A stretch of 59,914 bases of DNA from an uncultured Bacilli bacterium (GTDB lineage: Bacteria > Bacillota_I > Bacilli_A > RF39 > UBA660). The notes beneath the pieces were generated by a model, which was given only the letters and a program-made list of their open reading frames with translations, was not told the origin of the DNA and did no database searches. Positions 1 through 8,325 of the stretch are shown here, piece after piece. The stretch spans positions 1 to 59,914 of the forward strand of contig CALVUY010000001.1 of assembly GCA_944363705.1 (NCBI GenBank), written 5' to 3'. The position numbers and the translations under genes were made by a program. Numbering within the stretch: position 1 is the stretch's first letter; every line of letters begins with the position of its first letter.

Positions 1-1388
1 CCTCTAATAATATTTAATCTTTGTTTTTGACCAGTAGATAGTCTTATACCTTTTTCACCAACTATAGTATCAAGACCATGTTCTAGACTATTAATCCAAG
101 AAAGAAGTCCTGCGTCATTTAAATATTCATTTAATTTCTTATCACTTATATTTTTACCTAGTAAGAGATTATCTCTAATAGATAAATCAAAGAGGTCTGT
201 TTCTTGAGAAATATAAGCGACATCTGGAGCTTTACTGCTTTTTTTACCATTTACTAAATATTTATTATCATCTATCTTATAAAATCTACAGAATAGATTA
301 AGAAAAGTAGATTTACCTTGACCAGATTCTCCCATTATACTTACTTTATCTTTTTTATCTACCTTGAAGTAAGGTATATTTATAACATTTTTACTTTTCT
401 TACTATATTTAAACTCTATATCTTTTAAAGTAATATTATTAAAGTTTTTAAATTTAGGTTGTTTTTCTTCTTTAGTTAAAACTTTTTCTATTTGATTATT
501 AGCAGATTTAAATTTATTAAGATGTAAGAATAGATAACCAACACCTTTTAATTCTGTGTTAAGTCCAGTAAACATTGTAGTATAAAAAACTACATAACTA
601 AATACATTTTCACCATTTTTCATTTGAATAAATAAACTGATTAACAAAATTGCATACATTATAAATATTAAAGCACTTGTTCCATCAAATCTTAAAGAAC
701 CAAAGATATTAACTTTTCTTAAAGGCTTTCTCACTATGTCGAATTCTTTATTAATTCTTTTAGTTGCAAAGAAAAGTCCATCATAATTTTTTACTACTTT
801 AACATTTTCTAGAAAGTCGACATTAGTAGCATTATATTTAGCATTTTTACTGTTATAATCTTCTTGAGCCATTACATTAAATTTAGTAATGATTATATTA
901 TAAATTACTATAAAGATTATAAATACTATACAAATAGCAAATACGAGTTTACTTTGTGTAAAAACTTGAATTAGAAATATAGAAATTGCAATAACAAAAC
1001 CATTAATTGTTGTCATGAATTCGTTTAATAAATTTACTGTTTCATCACTAACTATGTCTATTTGTTTCTTTAAAAAACCAGTATGAGTATTATTAATTTT
1101 AGTAATGTTCATATCACATATTCTTCTAAAATAAGCGAGTTGTAAATCTTTTTTTGTTTCTTCTAAAAAATATACTGCTTTTATATTCCAAATAGAATTA
1201 AATATTATCTCTAAAGTTTTAAGGGTAATGGTAAGTATGATTAATATTTTAAATTTATTTAAAGTAAAGGGAGTAGTTAAACATATAGATATTATGACTG
1301 GCATGATATAGATACAAATGTTTTCTACGAAAGCATTAAGAAAATATAAAGAATATTTCTTTTTATTTAATATTTTAAATGGATACAT
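1..1388 (-). CDS. ABC transporter, fused transmembrane + ATP-binding protein (partial; C-terminus runs off the window start; absent from the supplied ORF track)
   Basis: Hand translation of the minus strand is open from ATG at 1388 down to position 3 (MYPFKILNKKKYSLYFLNAFVEN...). The N-terminal half is hydrophobic. Walker A GESGQGKST is encoded at 306-332 and ABC signature LSTGQKQR at 18-41. The start lies 8 nt after the pyrH stop. Confidence 0.85.
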   Translation of the reverse strand, partial: MYPFKILNKKKYSLYFLNAFVENICIYIMPVIISICLTTPFTLNKFKILIILTITLKTLEIIFNSIWNIKAVYFLEETKKDLQLAYFRRICDMNITKINNTHTGFLKKQIDIVSDETVNLLNEFMTTINGFVIAISIFLIQVFTQSKLVFAICIVFIIFIVIYNIIITKFNVMAQEDYNSKNAKYNATNVDFLENVKVVKNYDGLFFATKRINKEFDIVRKPLRKVNIFGSLRFDGTSALIFIMYAILLISLFIQMKNGENVFSYVVFYTTMFTGLNTELKGVGYLFLHLNKFKSANNQIEKVLTKEEKQPKFKNFNNITLKDIEFKYSKKSKNVINIPYFKVDKKDKVSIMGESGQGKSTFLNLFCRFYKIDDNKYLVNGKKSSKAPDVAYISQETDLFDLSIRDNLLLGKNISDKKLNEYLNDAGLLSWINSLEHGLDTIVGEKGIRLSTGQKQRLNIIR

Positions 1389-1395
1389 AATACAC

Positions 1396-2094
1396 CTACT
1401 TTACAATAGAACCTATATCATCAGTAATAAGAGCTTGTTTTAACATACCAGGTTTATTTATATTGAAGACAATAATAGGAATTGACTCTTCCATGCATAG
1501 AGTAATTGCTGTCAAGTCCATTACTTTTAACTTTTTATTTAACACTTCATTATATGTTGTTTCTTTAATTAATTTAGCATCTTTATACTTTTTAGGATCT
1601 TTATCATAAATACCATCTACATTAGTTGCTTTTACTAAAATATCAGCATTAATCTCTGCTGCTCTTAAAGCTGCTGCCGTATCAGTTGAAAAGAATGGAT
1701 TACCTGTACCACAACCAAATATTACAACTCTACCTTTTTCAAGATGTTTCTCACATTTTTCACGTAGATAGAACTCGGCAACTTTTCTCATTTCAATAGC
1801 AGTTTCAACACGAACTGGAACACCTATTTGTCTAAAAGCATCTTGCAAAGCTAGAGCATTCATAGTAGTTGCAAGCATGCCTATATAATCAGATGTTTGT
1901 CGCTCCATAAAGTCATTTGCTTTACCTCTCCAGAAGTTTCCTCCTCCTACAACTATTGCAATAGAAAAGCCCATATCAAGACAATCTTTAACTTCTTTAG
2001 CAATTTCTATAACTCTTTCAAAGTCAATACCATTATCTTTAGAACCACTTAAAGCTTCTCCTGATACCTTTAATAAAATTCTTTTTTTATTCAT
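1396..2094 (-). CDS. pyrH: UMP kinase
   Basis: 232 aa. Has KVSGEAL, VVGGGNFWRG and GTGNPFFSTDTAAALRA motifs typical of the PyrH amino-acid-kinase fold. Confidence 0.9.
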   Translation of the reverse strand: MNKKRILLKVSGEALSGSKDNGIDFERVIEIAKEVKDCLDMGFSIAIVVGGGNFWRGKANDFMERQTSDYIGMLATTMNALALQDAFRQIGVPVRVETAIEMRKVAEFYLREKCEKHLEKGRVVIFGCGTGNPFFSTDTAAALRAAEINADILVKATNVDGIYDKDPKKYKDAKLIKETTYNEVLNKKLKVMDLTAITLCMEESIPIIVFNINKPGMLKQALITDDIGSIVK

Positions 2095-2207
2095 AGTCTC
2101 ACTTCCTTGCTATTAGTATATCATGTCGTATTTTTAGTAGCAATTTTTTCTTTAAAAAATAAATTATCTTTGTTATACTTGTTTTATAGCGAAAGGATAG
2201 TGATTAA

Positions 2208-4826
2208 ATGAAATATGTTTATGCCTTTAGTGAAGGCAATAAGGATATGAGAGAGTTGTTAGGAGGAAAAGGAGCTAATCTTGCCGAGATGACAAGAATT
2301 GGACTACCTGTACCTCGTGGGTTTACCGTAACAACTGAAGCTTGCTTAAAATACTATGATGATAATGAAGAGATTAGTGAGGATATTAAAGAAGAAATCT
2401 TTAAAGAATTAGCTAATCTTGAAAAGTTAACTGGTAAGACTATGGGAGATGATAAAAATCCATTATTAGTATCAGTTAGAAGTGGGGCAAGAAGCTCTAT
2501 GCCAGGAATGATGGATACCATCCTTAATCTTGGTATGAATGATGAAGTAGTAGAAACACTTGCAAGACTTACAGATAACAAAAGATTTGCTTATGACTGT
2601 TATCGTCGTTTTATTCAAATGTTTGCAGATGTAGTTATGGGCTTTCCAAAGAGTTCTTTTGAATATTTATTTGAAGATATTAAGAAAGAAAAGAATGTAG
2701 AACTTGACACTGATTTAACTGCTGATGACTTAGTTGAAGTTGTAGATAGATACAAAGAAGAATATAGAAAACATGCAGGAGAAGAGTTCCCACAAGATGC
2801 TAAAGTGCAACTAATAGAAGCGGTAAAAGCTGTCTTTAGAAGTTGGAATAATGATAGAGCGATTACTTATAGACGTCTTAATGATATTCCAGGTGACTGG
2901 GGTACTGCTGTTAATGTTCAAGAGATGGTTTATGGTAATATGGGTAATACTAGTGGAACAGGTGTTGCCTTCACAAGAAATCCTGCTACTGGAGAAGCTA
3001 AGTTATATGGAGAATATTTAATTAATGCACAAGGAGAGGATGTAGTGGCAGGTATTAGAACTCCACAGTCTATTGATACTTTAAAAGAAGTTATGCCAGA
3101 GTGTTTCGAGGAGTTTGTTAAGATATGTAAAACTCTAGAAGACCATTATAAAGATATGCAAGATATGGAGTTTACTATTGAAAATGGTAAGTTATTTATG
3201 CTTCAAACTAGAAGTGGTAAAAGAACGGCAGAAGCTGCTCTTAGAATTGCTGTAGAACTTGTAGAAGAGGGTAAGATAACTAAAGAAGAAGCTCTTTTAA
3301 GAGTAGAGCCTAAACAGTTAGAACAATTATTACATCCTGCTTTTGATAAAGATACTTTAAGTAAAGCTAAAGTTATTGGTAAAGGTTTAGCTGCTTCACC
3401 TGGGGCTGCTACAGGACATTTATATTTTAGTGCCGAAGATGTTATGAAAGCTAACGAAGAGGGAGTAGAAGATATAATATTAGCAAGAGAAGAAACATCT
3501 CCAGAAGATATTGAAGGTATGAATATCGCTCGTGGTATTTTAACAGTTAGAGGTGGAATGACTTCACATGCTGCTGTTGTCGCTCGTGGTATGGGTACTT
3601 GTTGTGTATCAGGTTGTTCTGATGCAATAGTTGATGTTAATAAGAAAACTTTAACTACTAAAGATGGTAAAGTATTTAAAGAAGGAGACTACCTTAGCTT
3701 AGATGGTTCAACTGGTAATGTTTATGGAGAAGAGATAAAAACAGTTCCTGCATCTATTAGTGGAAACTTTGAAACATTCATGAACTGGGCTGATAAGATA
3801 GCAGACCTAGAAGTTAGAACTAATGCTGATAATCCAAGGGATGCTAAAGTTGCAAGAGACTTTGGTGCTAAAGGTATTGGACTTTGTCGTACAGAGCATA
3901 TGTTCTTTGATAGTGAGAGAATCTTTAACTTTAGAAAGATGATAGTCGCTCCAACATTAGAAAAACGTGAAGAAGCACTAGATAAGATTTTACCTTATCA
4001 AAAAGATGACTTTAAAGAGTTATTTAAAGTAATGGACGGTTATGAAGTAACTATTAGATTCTTAGATCCACCACTACATGAGTTCTTGCCTCATACTGAT
4101 GATGAGATTAAAGCTCTTGCAAAAGACCTTGATATGGATTTTGTTTCTTTAAAGAATAAAGTAGAGTCACTAAAAGAATTTAATCCAATGATGGGTCATC
4201 GTGGATGTCGTCTTGCCGTTACTTATCCTGAGATTGCTGTTATGCAAACAAAAGCTGTTATAAATGCTGCTTTAGAAGTAGAAAAAGAGGGTATTAAAGT
4301 AACACCTGAAATTATGATACCTTTAGTAGGAGATGTTAATGAGTTAAAATATGTTAAGAATATAGTAGTTGAAACAGCTGATGCTATTATTAAAGATAAT
4401 AACAGTGATTTAAAATATAAAGTAGGTACTATGATAGAAATACCAAGAGCTGCCATTCTAGCAGATAAAATAGCAGAAGAAGCAGAGTTCTTCAGTTTTG
4501 GTACTAATGATTTAACCCAAATGACTTATGGATTCTCAAGAGATGATGCTTCTAAGTTCTTGAGTGATTACTATGAGAAGAAAATATTTGTAAATGATCC
4601 TTTCGCAAGCCTAGATACTGTTGGTGTAGGTAAATTAGTAAAAATGGCTTCTGAACTTGGTAGAAGTACAAGAAGTGATATCAAACTAGGCATCTGTGGA
4701 GAACATGGAGGAGATCCTAAGAGTATAGCTTTCTGTCAAAAAGTTGGTCTTAACTATGTTTCTTGTAGTCCATTTAGAGTGCCTGTGGCAAGACTTGCTG
4801 CTGCTCAGGCTAAATTAGAGAATTAA
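2208..4826 (+). CDS. ppdK: pyruvate, phosphate dikinase
   Basis: 872 aa. N-terminal ATP-grasp (GGKGANLAEM), phosphohistidine swivel motif GGMTSHAAVVARGMG, C-terminal PEP/pyruvate barrel (GICGEHGGDP). RBS AAAGGA upstream. Confidence 0.92.
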   Translation: MKYVYAFSEGNKDMRELLGGKGANLAEMTRIGLPVPRGFTVTTEACLKYYDDNEEISEDIKEEIFKELANLEKLTGKTMGDDKNPLLVSVRSGARSSMPGMMDTILNLGMNDEVVETLARLTDNKRFAYDCYRRFIQMFADVVMGFPKSSFEYLFEDIKKEKNVELDTDLTADDLVEVVDRYKEEYRKHAGEEFPQDAKVQLIEAVKAVFRSWNNDRAITYRRLNDIPGDWGTAVNVQEMVYGNMGNTSGTGVAFTRNPATGEAKLYGEYLINAQGEDVVAGIRTPQSIDTLKEVMPECFEEFVKICKTLEDHYKDMQDMEFTIENGKLFMLQTRSGKRTAEAALRIAVELVEEGKITKEEALLRVEPKQLEQLLHPAFDKDTLSKAKVIGKGLAASPGAATGHLYFSAEDVMKANEEGVEDIILAREETSPEDIEGMNIARGILTVRGGMTSHAAVVARGMGTCCVSGCSDAIVDVNKKTLTTKDGKVFKEGDYLSLDGSTGNVYGEEIKTVPASISGNFETFMNWADKIADLEVRTNADNPRDAKVARDFGAKGIGLCRTEHMFFDSERIFNFRKMIVAPTLEKREEALDKILPYQKDDFKELFKVMDGYEVTIRFLDPPLHEFLPHTDDEIKALAKDLDMDFVSLKNKVESLKEFNPMMGHRGCRLAVTYPEIAVMQTKAVINAALEVEKEGIKVTPEIMIPLVGDVNELKYVKNIVVETADAIIKDNNSDLKYKVGTMIEIPRAAILADKIAEEAEFFSFGTNDLTQMTYGFSRDDASKFLSDYYEKKIFVNDPFASLDTVGVGKLVKMASELGRSTRSDIKLGICGEHGGDPKSIAFCQKVGLNYVSCSPFRVPVARLAAAQAKLEN

Positions 4827-4827
4827 T

Positions 4828-5265
4828 ATGTCATTATATGATAGAATGCTTAATATTGCTAATATAGATAAAGAATCTATTATTAGAAAAGCAATAGAAA
4901 ATACTAAAAGTGACTTAGATGGATTAGAGTATGAGAGAATGTGTTTAGTATATAATTGGTACTTATATGAAAATCTAAAAGATATGTCATGTCTTGCTTA
5001 TATAGTAGATACTGATGATTTAGAATTTCATTATAAACATAGATTTGTTTTAGTACCAGATGATGATGGTAATTATTATTTAGCAGATTTAACCTATGAA
5101 CAATTTGGTACAGATGATGAAGTGCTAAATAAATTATATAATGATGGTTATGAAAAGATAGATAATGATAAATACCGTTACTATTTGAGTAAGGTAACTG
5201 GTAGTGATAAAGATATAACAATTGATGAAAGCCTGTTTAGGGAAGCAAAGGGACTTGGTAAATAA
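4828..5265 (+). CDS. hypothetical protein, translationally coupled to ppdK
   Basis: 145-aa ORF. ATG lies 1 nt after the ppdK TAA. No family recognised by eye. Confidence 0.55.
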   Translation: MSLYDRMLNIANIDKESIIRKAIENTKSDLDGLEYERMCLVYNWYLYENLKDMSCLAYIVDTDDLEFHYKHRFVLVPDDDGNYYLADLTYEQFGTDDEVLNKLYNDGYEKIDNDKYRYYLSKVTGSDKDITIDESLFREAKGLGK

Positions 5266-5278
5266 TATCAAGTCCTTT
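5251..5278 (+). terminator. conserved terminator-like hairpin, copy A (GGACTTGGTAAATAATATCAAGTCC)
   Basis: 10-bp stem (one G-U) with 5-nt loop AATAA. Overlaps the last codons LGK-stop of the 4828..5265 ORF. Short T-run. Confidence 0.55.
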
Positions 5279-5347
5279 AGTTACTATTTTAACTATAAAA
5301 ACAGTTATATTTCTTAAGCATGTGAATATAATATAAATGTATACTTA

Positions 5348-5376
5348 TTGACATTTATGTCAAAATATAGTATATT
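5348..5376 (+). promoter_or_regulatory. sigma-A type promoter for the repeat RNA (TTGACA - 17 nt - TATATT)
   Basis: TTGACA at 5348-5353, 17-nt spacer, TATATT at 5371-5376. The -35 sits inside the perfect palindrome TTGACAtttaTGTCAA (5348-5363). Confidence 0.6.
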
Positions 5377-5406
5377 ATTATTGCATTTAAGAAATGTAAT
5401 ATGTAC

Positions 5407-5510
5407 ATGTTAGCCGCTTATGGATGGTGCGGGTTATAAATGATTCCAATCGCGAAATGTTAGTCGCTTCCGAGTGGTGCGAGTTATAAATGATCTCGGT
5501 CGAAAATGTT
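5407..5510 (+). ncRNA. tandem-repeat RNA, putative type III antitoxin (ToxI/antiQ/CptI-like): 2 full units plus 5 nt of a third
   Basis: Units 5407-5456 (50 nt) and 5457-5505 (49 nt) both start ATGTTAG, and ATGTT recurs at 5506. The point substitutions between units fall in two predicted helices and keep pairing (pseudoknot). They lie between a promoter and a terminator, just upstream of a ToxN-like ORF. Confidence 0.7.
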
Positions 5511-5511
5511 T

Positions 5512-5547
5512 GAAAACTTTATTCTTTTGAATAGAGTTTTCTTTTTT
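5512..5547 (+). terminator. rho-independent terminator between repeat RNA and toxin ORF
   Basis: GAAAACTTTATTC / GAATAGAGTTTTC forms a 13-bp stem (one G-U) with loop TTTT, followed by TTTTTT. Confidence 0.8.
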
Positions 5548-5638
5548 CTAAAAAATAGAACTTTTGTACTTGCAAACAAAGTTATAATTTGATATATTTT
5601 AGTTACAAGTTATATTTGTTATTGGGGGTGCTTATAAA

Positions 5639-6109
5639 ATGAAAGTTAAAACGGGATATATTTATCATATTAAAGATGAATTTTTTGATAAGATTAATGA
5701 CAAAGGTTTAATGATAAATCATGAAAATGGACGAGCAAGACCTACTTACTTTACGATTAAAGATAAGGATATATTATGGTTTATTCCATTAAGTAGTAAA
5801 GTTTCTAAGTATCAACCTATAATAGATAAAAAGATTAAGAAATATGGAGATTGCCGTTCTATAATGATAAGAGAAATTGCCGAAAAGAAATCGGTTATAT
5901 TATTGCAAAATGCTTTTCCTACATTAGAAAAATATATAGATCATCCGCATACAATAAATGGTGCCCCTGCTAGGGTTGCGGATAATTTAAAAGATGAGAT
6001 TTTACAAAATTTTAATTCATTATTAGCTTTAAAGAAACAAGGAATTAATTTGTTTTTCACTGATATTGATAAAATTAAAGAGATGATGCTTGAAGAACTT
6101 GGCAAATAA
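5639..6109 (+). CDS. ToxN/AbiQ/CptN-like endoribonuclease toxin (type III TA)
   Basis: 156 aa. The N-terminal pattern GYIYHIKDEFFDKIND...RPTYFTIKD...WFIPLSSK resembles ToxN-family toxins. RBS GGGGGTG. The context (repeats plus terminator upstream) is diagnostic. The family call is by eye only. Confidence 0.65.
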   Translation: MKVKTGYIYHIKDEFFDKINDKGLMINHENGRARPTYFTIKDKDILWFIPLSSKVSKYQPIIDKKIKKYGDCRSIMIREIAEKKSVILLQNAFPTLEKYIDHPHTINGAPARVADNLKDEILQNFNSLLALKKQGINLFFTDIDKIKEMMLEELGK

Positions 6110-6124
6110 TGTCAAGTTATTTTC
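6096..6124 (+). terminator. conserved terminator-like hairpin, copy B (AACTTGGCAAATAATGTCAAGTT)
   Basis: 9-bp stem (one G-U), loop AATAA. Overlaps the last codons LGK-stop of the toxin ORF. Confidence 0.55.
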
Positions 6125-6249
6125 TTATGAAAAAAATTTTCATTATAGATTGCTTATTGAAGCAACTTGAAAAAATGATTAATAAAAATAGATAATTAAC
6201 TAGGATTTTTAATTTATTTTTGATAAAATAATTTTAGGAAGGTGATTAT

Positions 6250-7254
6250 ATGAAATTTTTAATTACAGGAGGAGCAGGATTTATTGGAAGTAATTATTTA
6301 CATTACGTTACTGATAAATATAAAGATGATTATTTTGTTTGTTTAGATGCTCTAACTTATGCTGGTAATTATAATAACATTAAAGATTTAGAGGGGAAAG
6401 ATAATTATAAATTTGTAAAAGGAGATATTACTGATAGAGATTTTATCAATAAACTATTTAGTGATGAAAAGTTTGATGTTGTAATTAATTTTGCAGCAGA
6501 GTCTCATGTTGATAATTCTATTAAAAATCCAGAAATATTTTTAACTACTAATATTATTGGTACTGAAGTATTAATGGATGCATCACTTAAATATAATGTT
6601 AAAAGATATCATCAAATATCAACTGACGAAGTATATGGAGATTTACCTTTAGATAGGCCAGATTTACTATTTACAGAAAATACTCCACTTCATACATCTA
6701 GTCCATATTCTACTAGTAAAGCAAGTGCAGATTTATTAGTCATGGCATATCATCGTACTTATGGATTACCTGTTACTATTAGTAGATGCTCTAATAATTA
6801 TGGACCATATCAATTTCCAGAAAAATTAATACCAGTTGTTATATCTAAAGCATTAAATAATGAAAAAGTACCTGTTTATGGAACTGGGGAAAATGTAAGA
6901 GATTGGATTCATGTACATGATCATAATGTTGGTGTTGACTTAATTGTTAGAAATGGTAAGGTAGGAGAAGTATATAATTTAGGTGGACACTCTGAAAGAC
7001 ATAATATTGATATAGTTAAAACTATATTAAAACAAATGGGTAAGAGTGAAGATTTAATAACATTTGTTGAAGATAGAAAAGGTCATGATTTAAGATATGC
7101 AATAGATTCAAGTAAAGTAGAAAAGGAATTAGGATGGGAACGTACTTATACTTTTGAAGATGGTATTAAAGAAACAATAGATTGGTACTTAAATAATGAA
7201 GAATGGATTAATGATATAAAAAGTGGTGCTTATAAAGAAGCATATAAAGATTAA
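6250..7254 (+). CDS. rfbB: dTDP-glucose 4,6-dehydratase
   Basis: 334 aa. TGGAGFIGSN Rossmann motif, YSTSKASAD catalytic YxxxK, overall RmlB-like sequence. Confidence 0.88.
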   Translation: MKFLITGGAGFIGSNYLHYVTDKYKDDYFVCLDALTYAGNYNNIKDLEGKDNYKFVKGDITDRDFINKLFSDEKFDVVINFAAESHVDNSIKNPEIFLTTNIIGTEVLMDASLKYNVKRYHQISTDEVYGDLPLDRPDLLFTENTPLHTSSPYSTSKASADLLVMAYHRTYGLPVTISRCSNNYGPYQFPEKLIPVVISKALNNEKVPVYGTGENVRDWIHVHDHNVGVDLIVRNGKVGEVYNLGGHSERHNIDIVKTILKQMGKSEDLITFVEDRKGHDLRYAIDSSKVEKELGWERTYTFEDGIKETIDWYLNNEEWINDIKSGAYKEAYKD

Positions 7255-7279
7255 CTTGGCAAAATATGTCAAGTTTTTT
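7253..7279 (+). terminator. conserved terminator hairpin, copy C (AACTTGGCAAAATATGTCAAGTT + T6)
   Basis: 9-bp stem (one G-U), loop AAATA, T-run 7274-7279. Starts inside the rfbB stop codon. Confidence 0.7.
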
Positions 7280-7362
7280 AAAATATTATTGTTGAAAATT
7301 ATTAGATATTTAGTTATTATAATGATATATCATTGGCAGAATTATGCAGTTGGAGGAGTAAA

Positions 7363-8322
7363 ATGAAAACAGTTGGTTTTGTAATTCCTGTTAAGGAAAA
7401 TGAGAAAAGAAGAGTTTTATTACCTAAAGATATAGAAAAAATAAAAGAAAAAGATTGTTTATATTTTGAAAAAGGCTATGGAAAAATATTAGGAATTTCT
7501 GATAGTGAATTTGAAAAAGTTGGGTGTAATGTTGTTTCTTTTGATGAGGTATTAAAGCAAGATATAATTTGTGATCCTAAAATTGGAGATGCTAATTATT
7601 TAGATAAATTAAAAGAAAAACAAATTATTTTTGGATGGGTGCATGCTGTTAAAAATAAAAAGTTAACAGATTTATTATTAAACAAAAAAATAACTGTTAT
7701 TGCTTTTGAAGATATGTTTTATAAAAATAGGCATATTTTTTATAAGAATAATATTTTAGCAGGAGAAGCGGCTTGTTATAATGCAATTAATTATTTAGGA
7801 AGACTTCCTGATAATCTAAATGCTGCTATTATTGGAAATGGTAATACTGCTCATGGTGCATATAAGGCTTTATCAAAATTAGGAGTTAGTGTAGATATAT
7901 ACACAAGAGATTTAGAGGAATTATTAAGGGAGAATTTATATAAATATGATTTAATCGTTAATTGTGTTTTGTGGGATGTAAAAAGAAGGGACCATATAAT
8001 ATACCGAGAAGATATTAAAAAAATGAAAAAAGGTAGTATGATTATTGATGTGAGTTGTGATGAAAAAGGTGCGATAGAGACTAGTCATCCTACAACTATA
8101 GATAATCCTATATATTTAGTAGATAATATTATTCATTATGCAGTAGATCATACACCAAGTATATTCTATCAAACATTTAGTCTAGAGTGTTCTAAAACCA
8201 TAACTGAATATATAAATGATTTAGTTTTGGAGAAAGATAATGAAGTTTTGAAAAATGCTACAATTATTGGAAATGGAAAAATTTTAGATCAAAAAATAAA
8301 AATTTATCAGAGAAGGAGTTAA
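7363..8322 (+). CDS. AlaDH/PNT-family NAD(P) enzyme, N5-(carboxyethyl)ornithine synthase (opine synthase)-like
   Basis: The ATG at 7363 (MKTVGFVIPVKENEKRRVLLP...) follows RBS GGAGGAG. The track ORF begins at an upstream TTG (7333). Has an internal GNGNTAHGA dinucleotide-binding loop. Size and N-terminus resemble CEOS-type proteins. Confidence 0.5.
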   Translation: MKTVGFVIPVKENEKRRVLLPKDIEKIKEKDCLYFEKGYGKILGISDSEFEKVGCNVVSFDEVLKQDIICDPKIGDANYLDKLKEKQIIFGWVHAVKNKKLTDLLLNKKITVIAFEDMFYKNRHIFYKNNILAGEAACYNAINYLGRLPDNLNAAIIGNGNTAHGAYKALSKLGVSVDIYTRDLEELLRENLYKYDLIVNCVLWDVKRRDHIIYREDIKKMKKGSMIIDVSCDEKGAIETSHPTTIDNPIYLVDNIIHYAVDHTPSIFYQTFSLECSKTITEYINDLVLEKDNEVLKNATIIGNGKILDQKIKIYQRRS

Positions 8323-8325
8323 TTT

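Noticed and set aside
1-1388. Possible frameshift or pseudogene in the edge ABC transporter, because it is missing from the ORF track
   Set aside because: Codon-by-codon translation of the minus strand shows one uninterrupted frame from 1388 to the window edge. It is absent from the track only because it has no stop codon inside the window.
1396-2094. pyrH followed by an ABC exporter instead of frr as a sign of rearrangement
   Set aside because: The gene order is unusual compared with the common tsf-pyrH-frr arrangement. There are no repeats, scars or mobile genes at the junctions, and nothing can be concluded from one window.
4904-5221. Antisense or alternate-frame ORFs in the track: 2354..2581, 4223..4456, 4904..5221, 8677..8895, 8976..9218, 10369..10557, 10597..10809, 11047..11235, 11275..11487, 12860..13063, 13596..13796, 15231..15446, 17617..17823, 29499..29681, 40186..40374, 41206..41406, 43108..43296, 43423..43656, 55623..55805, 57927..58202
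   Set aside because: All lie inside well-supported genes on the other strand or frame. They have low-complexity Leu/Ile/Phe/His-rich translations typical of AT-rich antisense frames, and they lack RBSs. The identical pairs merely reflect the 678-bp duplication.
5407-5510. Tandem repeats considered as a CRISPR array or as a tandem riboswitch
   Set aside because: There are only two contiguous units with no spacers and no cas genes, so it is not CRISPR. I recognise no riboswitch class consensus. The downstream ORF is a ToxN-like toxin rather than a metabolic or transport gene, and a full terminator follows regardless of fold. A type III antitoxin explains it better.
7256-7284. Reading hairpin copy C as a promoter (TTGGCA - 17 nt - TAAAAT)
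   Set aside because: The spacing fits. But the same sequence forms a 9-bp hairpin followed by T6 directly after a stop codon, and related copies overlap stop codons. A terminator is the simpler primary role, and a dual function cannot be judged from sequence.
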